DNA of 64,000 nucleotides from Mytilus trossulus. Taxonomy: Eukaryota. The notes below the pieces were generated by a model. The model ran no database searches. It was not told where the DNA came from and saw only the letters and a list, made by a program, of their open reading frames with translations. The DNA is taken from positions 46,810,001 to 46,874,000 of the forward strand of contig NC_086382.1 of the NCBI RefSeq assembly GCF_036588685.1, read 5' to 3'. Positions 34,401 through 46,400 of the stretch are shown here, one piece after another; position 1 is the stretch's first letter; each line of letters begins with the position of its first letter. A program made the position numbers and the translations under genes.

Positions 34401-37400
34401 GGTTTAGCCAGGTTTCACTGTATATAGCTTAGTATGAAAAAAGTAAAATCACAAAAATACTGAACTTAGAGGAAAATCAATTTCGGAAAGTCCATAATCA
34501 CATGGCAAAATCAAATAACAAAATGCATCAAAAACGAATGGACAAGAACTGTCATATTCCTGACTTGGTACAGGCATTTTCAAATGTAGAAAATAGTGGA
34601 TTAAACCTGGTTCTATAGCGCTAACCCTCTCACTTTAATTACAGTCTCATCAAATTCTGTCATATTTACATTGATGCGTTAAATATACAGACACAATGAA
34701 TAAAATAGTCAAAATATGGGTACATCAGTCATCATCATATAACAATTTTAAAAGGAACAATTTAACCGAACACATAAACATCTACTATCTACGAACACAT
34801 TGATTTATTTGAGTGTCTGACGTCAGAAAATTTGTAAACGTCACATAAATGATCTTCCTGAAACATCAGAGAATTTGAACATTGAAAGATGTGAGTGTTG
34901 ATTGTTAAAGGGCAGTAGATAAAACAAATATCTTAAGATTCATTTATGTAGATTGTATGACAAGATGAAAACCACTACTTTATCATAAACCAAATATATA
35001 TATAAAAACATTATAAAGGTTGATTTTGTTACTATAAAAAGTAACAAGATTTTGTATTAAAAAATTCTCTAGTTCAACTAAAAAATATGATTCAAACAAA
35101 ATATTTCAAGTTTTTCATACAAAAAATGATAAAAACAGGAGAAAAATGTACCCAAAAAGACCGGAAACCTTTCCAAAAGGATAAAAAAGTTTCTAGAAAT
35201 TAAATGAAACCAATGTAACTAAAAACATGCTTGGTGTCTCCTGGTTAATGAAGTGTAACATGACCATATCAAATCATTCTGAACCATCTGAAAACTTGAC
35301 GTATTTTCTGTGGTTTTTTTTTTAAGAATTAACTAAGAATAATTATCAGGGCTGATTTGCATTAAACTACTTACTGTAAACTGCAGAAACTAATGCAGTT
35401 TTTTATTATTGTGAAAAATGTGACAGAGTTGTAAACGCAATAATTTAACTCGCATTTTGAAATATTTTATATTAATTAAACAGGATTTTTCTCAAAATCG
35501 TAAATATTTAAGTGTTTAATGACAAAATTGCAATAATAAATGCATGCAATAATTTCTGAATTTACATTTATCTGAAGAAACAGATTTTCTCACATGTCCT
35601 ATGATAAATTATAACAATGATTGGATATAATAACTTAAGTGATTTCATGCATATCAGCCCTGATCTATTCGCACGAATCTTTGTTTCATTCAATTCATCA
35701 CCAAATAAGATTTTGTAACTAACTGAATCATTAAATAACTTGACTCTACACTATTCCAATAAAATATTATTTGAATTATGGCAACACTTGAAAATTACAC
35801 CTACATATATAAGCAAACTATTTAAATAATATGAACCATGCAGTCCATTTTAACCTAACTTATTTTATGATTATCTTATCTTATAATGATTTACAGTTTT
35901 GTCAAAAATAAGAATGGGTTCATTGTAAAAAAATTGATAAGAAAAAATCTTCATGTGTAATGTTAAAGTGAAGAGTTTTTTTTTAAGTCCTAGCTGTGAA
36001 GCATATACTGGCTAGAGGAAGGTAATGACAAAAGGTGTAACACCACTAATTCGGGCCCGACTAGAAGGCACATACCACAAGAGTACATATTAAACACAAA
36101 ATAGTTCCTAAGCATGAGTGTAACTTTCAAAATATGTAGATAATTTTGGTATTTTTGGTATCAAATGAAAGCTGAAGGACTAGTGATCATTGTAGAACAC
36201 TTTTTGACTTTTATTTGAATATTATAAAAACTGCACCAAATTTTAAAAAGAGGGTACATTTTGTCTGTTTGTCAGATTTGAAGTACCTGTTTTGGTACAT
36301 CAGAAGTTCCTGGAACCAGTTCTTTCTTATATGCCATTAAAGGTATGTTGATTTTTTTTCAGTACAAGACACCATAAAGTGTTGCTTTGAAATGCAATGA
36401 TTGATACTTTATTTGAAATTAAAACAAAAGAGGTGTGCCTGCTTAAAACGGAAGAAATTAACATAGAAAGCAATTGGACCATGAATTAGTGATGTACTTC
36501 CAAAAGGGTATATAAAACATGTTAAACCTTAGTTACAGATGTACACAATAGCTTTCTAAGACTTGAAGAATCAGTTTCTGTTAGAGTTGTCTGAAAAAAC
36601 AAAACTGAAAATCTAAAAACAAATATTTTTTTTGTTTTTCTCAGTTTAGAAATGACATGTGCTGTATGTACATATCAATCTTATTTTTATTTTTACATAA
36701 AATCACACGTGAATTGCCATGGATTTTTTTTCGTCAAAATATAATATGAAAATTGGTCCACATAACATAGGAATATCAGTCTTGCAGTCATTAACAAATA
36801 ATTAGATTTCTCACTAGCAAAAGAATTCCACAATAAATTATATCCAGTCAGGATAACAAAGCAACACTTTTTTTCTTACTTGAACCCTTACTCTAGAAAT
36901 CTTATAGTAGGATAAATGTTATGGTGCTTTTTCTAACCTGAGCTGGACGTAACAGTTGTCTAAGGCTCTCAGACTGTTGGGATGTTTCTGACTGACTTGT
37001 CTACAAAATAAATCTATGTGTTAGTAAATTAAACAAAATTTATAAAGAATTTACAGACAAATAAAGAAATTACAGACAAATAGATTTCCTATCTTTTTTA
37101 ATATTTCTTTTTTTTACTTGCTATGGCATTGGACACTATTCTTTCACATCATCTTAGTATTTGGACAAAAGAAGCAATTTATAGTAAGAACAATTTAAAA
37201 TAAATCATATAAGTAAGTTTTATATTACAGTAGTCAATTAAAGCTTTTTTCTGAACTTGTGTGATGATGGGACTGACAAGAACATGAAAACTTTAGAGTT
37301 TAGTGTGATGTCCATTTTCAGTGAGCTGCTGGTCCACTTACCACAGGTGGTGATAGGACCCCTTGTGTGGGTGTTGTTGGGACTACAGGGGCAGCTGATC

Positions 37401-40400
37401 CACTGACAGGAGACACATCATACATATTTACTTACCACAGGTGGTGATATGACCCCTTGTGTGGGTGTTGTGGGGACTACAGGGGCTGCTGGTCCACTAA
37501 CAGGAGACATGTCATACATATTTACTTACCACAGGTGGTGATAGGACCCCTTGTGTAGGTGTTGTGGGGACTACAGGGGCTGCTGGTCCACTAACAGGAG
37601 ACTGGTCATACATATTTACTTACCACAGGTGGTGATATGACCCCTTGTGTGGGTGTTGTGGGGACTACAGGGGATGCTGGTCCACTAACAGGAGACACGT
37701 CATACAGATTTACTTACCACAGGTGGTGATAGGACCCCTTGTGTGGGTGTTTTTGGGACTACAGGGGCTGCTGGTCCACTAACAGGAGACACATCATACA
37801 TATTTACTTACCACAGGTGGTGATAGGACCCCTTGTGTAGGTGTTGTGGGGACTACAGGGGATGCTGGTCCACTAACAGGAGACTGGTCATACATATTTA
37901 CTTACCACAGGTGGTGATAGGACCCCTTGTGTGGGTGTTGTGGGGACTACAGGGGATGCTGGTCCACTAACAGGAGACTGGTCATACAGATTTACTTACC
38001 ACAGGTGGTGATAGGACCCCTTGTGTGGGTGTTGTGGGGACTACAGGGGATGCTGGTCCACTAACAGGAGACACATCATACAGATTTACTTACCACAGGT
38101 GGTGATAGGACCCCTTGCGTTGGTGTTGTAGGGACTACAGGGGGTGCTGGTCCACTAACAGGAGACAGGTCATACAGATTTACTTACCACAGGTGGTGAT
38201 AGGACCCCTTGTGTTGGTGTTGTAGGGACTACAGGGGATGCTGGTCCACTAACAGGAGACACATCATACATATTTACTTACCACAGGTGGTGATAGGACC
38301 CCTTGTGTGGGTGTTGTGGGGACTACAGGGGGTGCTGGTCCACTAACAGGAGACACATCATACATATTTACTTACCACAGGTGGTGATAGGACCCCTTGC
38401 GTTGGTGTTGTAGGGACTACAGGGGGTGCTGGTCCACTAACAGGAGACACATCATACATATTTACTTACCACAGGTGGTGATAGGACCCCTTGTGTGGGT
38501 GTTGTGGGGACTACAGGGGCTGCTGGTCCACTAACAGGAGACTGGTCATACATATTTACTTACCACAGGTGGTGATAGGACCCCTTGTGTGGGTGTTGTG
38601 GGGACTACAGGGGCTGCTGGTCCACTAACAGGAGACTGGTCATACATATTTACTTACCACAGGTGGTGATAGGACCCTTGCGTTGGTGTTGTAGGGACTA
38701 CAGGGGGTGCTGGTCCACTAACAGGAGACTGGTCATACATATTTACTTACCACAGGTGGTGATAGGACCCCTTGTGTAGGTGTAGTGGGGACTACAGGGG
38801 ATGCTGGTCCACTAACAGGAGACAGGTCATACAGATTTACTTACCACAGGTGGTGATAGGACCCCTTGCGTTGGTGTTGAAGGGACTACAGGGGATGCTG
38901 GTCCACTAACAGGAGACACGTCATACAGATTTTCTTACCACAGGTGGTGATAGGACCCCTTGCGTTGGTGTTGTAGGGACTTCAGGGGATGCTGGTCCAC
39001 TAACAGGAGACACGTCATACAGATTTACTTACCACAGGTGGTGATAGGACCCCTTGTGTAGGTGTTGTGGGGACCACTGGGGCTGCTGGTCCACTAACAG
39101 GAGACACATCATACAGATTAACACACACATTTGGTGTATTTCTAACCAATGGATCACCAGATGATGCTCTCATGTCCTGTTTTACCAACAATGCTAAATC
39201 TACAATCTGTAAAATAATCAAACTCTGTTTGTTGGATTCAAGTAATGTTAAAACAAGTGTAACTGAGAGCTACTGCTCACTTATGATACCCCTGCCACAA
39301 GTGGGTTATCTTAACAGTGTATCTGTTAATAGGAAGTTGTTGAGTGATGAATCTGAAAATGCATCAAACAGTATTGCTGACGTATGTTAACCCATAAATC
39401 AAATTTCAGAAATCAATGTATTGCAATTCCTGAGAAAGATATTCATGAGACGCACAGACTGAAGGACGTACTGACAGATGATTGGACTGAGGTATGAACA
39501 AACAGAGGTAAAGCAGGCCTATTAATAATTTTTTTAAGAAATAGAGGTGTGTAATGAATATGTAAAAGCCTTATCATTTAACTTAGATTCAATTAATGTC
39601 AGATATTATTTGTTTTTGGAGAATTAGAGGTTTTTAATAATGTATGAAATAGCTGCCTCTAAAAAAATGTTTAATAAATCAAACCCAATCATTCCACCAA
39701 TCTATTATTGAATTCTGCAAGCATTCTTTGGTTTTCTGTGTTGTTGGGTTACTATCATATTGAGATTATACTTCTGACGCTGACCTTTATCACATGCAGC
39801 TAGAAAGGTCTAGTAACATTAAATTCACACCTGCGCAACAGTTTCATAAGAGAAATATGACAGGACTTCTAATGCATGTGGATTTGGTTTGACTTCTAAG
39901 TTTATACCAGTCAACAGCCATTCTTTAAATCTTTGAGTTTTGTATCTTCTGTCTAAAAAGAGAGAAAGAACATATGATAACAGATGTTAACAGTCAGATA
40001 ATTTAAACAACCATCTTTCAATCATATACTAAAAATTCAGATTTTATTGCAAGTTTTTTTTTAATGTCAATAAGTGAGTATCATGATAAGAAGAACTCAC
40101 ATTTGTATATCTTATACATATTCATTGTACCTTCATGCAAATTTTTCTAAAATCGTAAAAAATAATCTCACTTTTTCATCCACTCTTAATAAATCACAAT
40201 AATAAATGCATGCAATAATTTCTGAATTTTACAGTTCAAAATTTTACATGTTTTGTATGATGTTCATTGTGCTTCCTGTTCCAACCTTATTACTCCAATT
40301 TCATGATCGCAATAAGTAAATTGGCTAAAAATTTATTTGAATAAAAGTGCAATGTCAAGATTCTTACTACGAACATCTTAAAAGTTATATAAACACCTTC

Positions 40401-43400
40401 CTAGTCTGTAATTGTAGTTACTGGGCTTAATTGATTACAGCATGCAACATCATTTACTTACCATTAGTTTATCAGCCTACACAAGCTCTTGTTGATAAAA
40501 AACTTGTAAAAGAGGAATAAACATGCAATATTCATTCATTAAACTAGATTGGGGATAGGTACTAACTAACCTTTTTTCATCCTCATAAAATGAAAAATAT
40601 AATTTGAGAAAAAAAAGTTATCACTATATGAATTCTGATTACAACTGAAGCAACATGCAACCTTTAAGCAAATATATACATATTAAATAATAATGTGTCC
40701 AAAGTATACAGATACCCCACTGGCACTATCATTTCTGTGTTCAGTAGGGTGTATTAGTCCATGATTGTTTCTGCAATTTTAGCAAAAATCCAGGTTTACG
40801 TTTCCGCATTTTTGTGCATTATTTTTTTAAAAATAAATACATATCACATTTTCCATTTTTACCTGTATTTCACTTGTAAAAAAATGGTAATAATGATATA
40901 TAAGACTTTATTTTATTATAGTATTTTTTTCCTGATTTGTATTTTATAATGACATTACATAATTCCTTCAACATGTAGATTATATTCAGATTAAACATGA
41001 ATACTTTTTAACAGTCACCCAAATCACCCCATATGCGGAAATGTGAACAACCTTTAACAAAATCAACGTTAATAAAATGCAGAAAAGAGTACTACAAAAA
41101 TGCGGAAGCGTAGGATTCTAATTGCGGAAAAGTTGTGCCAATTTGCATACTTTAAACGCTGGTTCAGTAAACTATGAAATTGGGATCAAAACTCAAATTT
41201 GGCAATTAAAAAATTCATACCATATGATATGGAATATGTGTACTATGGTTCAAGTTGATTGGACTTCAACTTCATCAAATACAACCTTGTTCAAAAACTT
41301 GAACCTGAAGCTGGACAGACAGAAACGGAAAAAAATAACTGATTCACAGACAGAACAACAGCATGTCCGTAGGTGGTGCATTAAAATGTAGACATGACTG
41401 TTTATGGTTTTTGCAATAAAACAATGATAGGCGTAAATAATACTTAAGTTTTAAAAATCCTTCTCATTACCACACACACCGATTATAGATAATTGGATAT
41501 ATTACAACAAAATGTCATGATTTTGAAATTATAATGTTATGATCCTTTCCCTAAAATATTTAATATATATCTATTTTCATGCCTGACCAATCCCATTAAA
41601 TATATATATATGTAAAAAAAAGAAAGCCAAGTGCACTTGTTACCACTTTTCTCTTCACTTCTAAAAAATACTCTATCTGAGGAAATTTTTAAATGATGAA
41701 TTTTGAATGCGTTGCAATTAGTGGAGAGCAACGCTAACAGTCAAATCACAGTAAAAGGCTTAAACTATAAGGATAAGTTGAATGACAATTTGGAACATGT
41801 AGACTATTTGTAGAACTTGCCATGCTGGTCATTTTTTGCAATTTTAAAGTTTCTCTCTATCTATTATAGTTTCAGGATAAAAAGCAAAAATGAACAAAAA
41901 CATATAGTATAGTTGGTCATTTAAGGAAAATCACTCCTTTAAGAAGTTGTCTGATAGTTTTGACATATTAAGACAATTGGTAGAGCTCATCATTTTAAAA
42001 TTTGTTTACCCTACTCAGATTTCTCTATTTATAACAGTTTTCAAATTAATTGATAAAACAAGTGATGAGAAAATGCTTGCCTTTGTTAACTCTATGATAT
42101 GCATACAGAAGTGGAGTTGTTTTTTTGTTTTTTTTTGTATCAAAAGATCATATAGATCAATTTTGAAACAGTTTGCGATACAAGACATCCTATCACTGTC
42201 CTCTCATCCTGGAACTATATAAATTATAACCTTTAACCTATTTGCTCTAGATTGTTACATCAATTTGCCTAACAAAGAGGTAATACAACTGACAATTGAT
42301 TAATTTGAATGATAATTCTATAACACTTAGACTTGCAGAAAGTACATGTCCAACAATGTACATATTTTACATACTAAAGCTGGCCTGTCTAGCTTCAAAG
42401 TATTCCATATATTGCTTCTGATCCATTCCTCTTGTTCTTAATTCGGCTCTCTATAAAAGACATTTATGATATGCAGAATAATATTGAAGATCCTAATTTT
42501 ACATGTGTCAGTATGACATAAAATGTCCATAACCTGACAGTGACCAACACCCGGTGAAATGCAATAAAGCAGAATCAATGAAAGAGTAAATACAAATAAA
42601 AGACGAATTTGTCCAATGGACAAGGATGCAGTCCCCCCATGAAAATATGCAGGAGTTAATGTACTTACTCCAGACTATTGACCTTTTGTTTTCTTTGAAA
42701 TGTAATGACATTTGTTTTTATATGTTGGGTGTTTAAAACAGCAAATTGTAACAGGCAGTAACATTAAAACAGTGAAAGTTATGCCTATAATTCCAACTTG
42801 ATCTGTGTTTGGTTGTTATATAAGAATTGTGTTTATCGGTAATTCATATAGTTTCCCTTTGATCTTACTGCCTAATATTTTCAATATCAATGTACTGGCT
42901 GTATCACTGAAAATATTAGGCAATACATTGCGTGACGTCATTACATTGCTTGGCGTCATCATTATCAATAAACAGAATAATAGGTAGTTTCCGTTTTTGA
43001 TACTGACTATATCATGTTGAATATCTTAACTTGCCCTAACGGGCTCGTCTAGATATTCCACATGATATAGTCAGTCTCAAAAACTCAACTACCTATTATT
43101 CTATACATATTTGGTTGTGCCAAATTAAATTCTAAGTCAAGAAACATCAATTCAATCAATCCTTTGAAAATTTGTAAATACTTGATGTAACAGTAACATA
43201 CCAGCAATCTTTCATGTTTTATTTCATCTTTTTCATCAATATCTTCGAACAAGCTGATCAGTTCTCCTAAAAATACACCAAGATTATTTGAAATATACAT
43301 GCCTATAAACAAGTTTTCTTGGTATGCCATAGAAAAATTTATAAGAGCAATACTATACGATCATTGAAACAAGAATTCAAGTTGTGAAATACTTCTTCCA

Positions 43401-46400
43401 AAAATGTGTACTCATAATACAAAGATGGCTATGCTTTATATCAGCAAACATAACAAAAATTAAATGCATCAGTACAAATTTCTTAAAAGGTCATCAGTTC
43501 AAGGCCTAATTCTGTCAGATAATAGGTCAGGTCCTCTCATTGACAAGTTTTCTCGAAGATCTTATATTTTGACAAATTTAAAGTCAGTCTTTAAAAGTTA
43601 TCATTTGATCAATACATTAAGAATAATCACAAATGTATATTCTATTTTTAAAATTGAAAAAATCCTCATGACAATTAGGAAACTAGTTTGTTCAAACATA
43701 TATGGCTCATATATTCTTTTACATCCAATAAACAATGCTAAAAAATCTAAATCTAAAACTATTTGAAATTACAGATATATATTATTGATAGCTCTCAGTC
43801 CATTAAGTTTTTGTGTCTGTTTATAAGGTATTGTAATATTTTGTGACATTTCATCTATAGTAGATGGGATGGTGTAAATGTATTATGAATATACTAGTGT
43901 TATTAGCTGTGGTTATTCCTTAAAATTAACCCCTTCTAGAATCCTTAGAACTCAGGAGATATAGTTTTATTGCAGATTCTCATTTCTGGGAAGGGCGACC
44001 TTTAAGAAGTGTAAAATTAAAAACAATTATGCCATTGTCAATTTAAAATGATAAAATTATATCAACAAATAGTGACACCCATGTTTTACAACGGCACAGA
44101 GTGTATCAACCTATAAAATACTACATTGCTTTTTATTGATTGCTACAGATAATAATCATCAAAAATACGAAATTAAAAATCCATATCATAATAAAGTCTC
44201 ATTTCAGTACATGCTTCAAAAGTTTTAAAAGGATTTTAATCAGTGAAAAAATGCAAACATTTTTTTCTCTCTATATGAATACAACGATGACTAAGTAAAA
44301 AATCTTGAAGGCTGTATAGTTGCGGCTAAGCATTTATAGGCAAGTTGAAGTTCAACTTGCCTATAAATGCTTATATCCACTTTATCTGAACTTTGGTGGA
44401 TAGTTGTCTCATATAACATCTCCTAATTCTAATATCAAACATTCTGACAGTACTTATAAATAGAACCTAATATCTTGTTCAAATTAACCTGGACTATGAA
44501 AACTAAATTTAATCAATAATATTCCCTTAAATACGAATGAACCAATCCCTTCCTTTTCTCATGCAATATTCTAAAGTCTTTGGTTATAAGTTACAACTTA
44601 ACATGTGGAATAGAAAAGATATAATTATTAGTGATTCAGAGACAAGTATAACCCTTTTAGAACCTAGCTTTATCATCTGTATTAACATATGATTTTTAAC
44701 TGGGTAATATAGATTTAAGACCTATATTATCATTACCCCTACTTGTAACCTGTCGACACAACCAGCCTTGCTCCTTATGGAGTTGTTATTCCCCAGGATT
44801 CGTTCTTACACTGCTTTGCATCATCTTAATTGTTTTATAAGAAGGGAGCTTCTGTAGCAAAACTGGTACTTTCTGTTGATCATATTCTTGTCACTATATT
44901 GAAAAGCTGCTCATCTTGTATCAGGAGAATATGTTCTTTAAGATTAAAGAAATCTACTTGTACCATTCCTGGGTCGCCTTATAATGATTAATTTATGATT
45001 GAGTTTAATTTTCCCTTATGGCTTGAAACAATTTGAAAAAGGTGTGACTCAGTCTACATGTTTTGTTATGCAGGCACAAACACATATGTGCCCTGAGAAA
45101 CTTTTCCCCCAAGGGAATAACATGATAAATTTCAATATATTTACAATACAAATTTTGGCAATGAAACCTGATAATGAAAACCTACCTGTCTGGTCTATTG
45201 ATGATAAGAAATCATGACACATTCTACTTCTCTTCTTAGCAGACGGAGGCTTGTCTGTAACAAAATATAAAATTATATGAGGGCAAGAACTTTTTTGAAT
45301 CTTTGTAGTTTGTACATGTACCACCTTCAGGTTCAGACACAAAGATGAGGTATGAATTAAATGAACCATGCTGTAATCATAAGCTTAACAAAAACATAAT
45401 TTGGACTAATGCCTAATGCAATTACAGGTTTTCCAAGATTACAGCATAAAACACAATATGAGATAAAAAAGGGGTAAAAAATAACCAAGTGATGCATTTT
45501 TCAAAACCAACCTGCAGAATAACACTTTGAGAACAATTTTCTAAGAATTCCTCATTTGCAACTTTACCAACAAATTCAACTTTCATTCATAATACCTAGC
45601 TAAAGACTATAACACTTGATAAAATTTTACCAAAGGAACTGAGGTAATTTCTTGAATTTAATAAAAGTGTGTCTTAGAAATTTCTATAAAAAATATCTTT
45701 CTTAGAATTTTTTTATTATGGGGGTGTTTAACGACCTAGAAAATGATTGAAGGTCGCTAACTCTGCATGGTTATCTAAGTTTCCTAGAACCTTACCCTTT
45801 TCTATGAAATCGGTAAAGAAATTAAGATTCTGTGATCACCTTGAAGTACTTATAACAATTCACATAAGACTTGTATAACACTAAATGACTGATAAACATT
45901 CAATAAAATTACACAATTCTTGGTAAATCTGATAAAAAACGGTAAACATTTTTTTATTTCGATCTTAAACTAATTGAATCTGCCATAGTAGAATCATAAG
46001 GAGATGTACAATTGTTATCATGATTCTATTATCGTTCTATATAACATGTCTTGGGACCTAATAATAAAGAAATTTTCATACCATGGATTTCCTGGAAATA
46101 CAAACAGAATGTAATAATCAGGTCAACTATTTTTTTTTCTCTATATACTGGTATTTTACAGCGATTTGATTGTAAGTGTTTTCTCCATCTATATATATTG
46201 TTGTTTATTGAAAATAATGTCCAATAATCATTGGTTTCATGTAATCAAACTGTTCAACTGTACGAAGATTTTACCGAACAACTGTTAAAGCAGAAAAATC
46301 ACAGTCAAGGTTACTAAGTATGGTCAACTTTAAGTTTTGACAAACTGAAACACTCCTATTTGAAAAGAATGAAATTAATTAAGAATGAAATTTATTATGC

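Noticed and set aside
37324-39122. CRISPR-like array, or an array of in-frame cassette exons
   Set aside because: The units are contiguous near-identical repeats with no unique spacers and no cas genes, in a eukaryotic intron. The AG dinucleotides I checked within a unit would give exons of 61, 53, 50 or 41 nt, none a multiple of 3.
43940-44980. Possible poison or alternative terminal exons of SUPT3H (acceptors near 44000 and 44978 on -)
   Set aside because: Short frames ending in stops are expected by chance in AT-rich introns; no conservation evidence.
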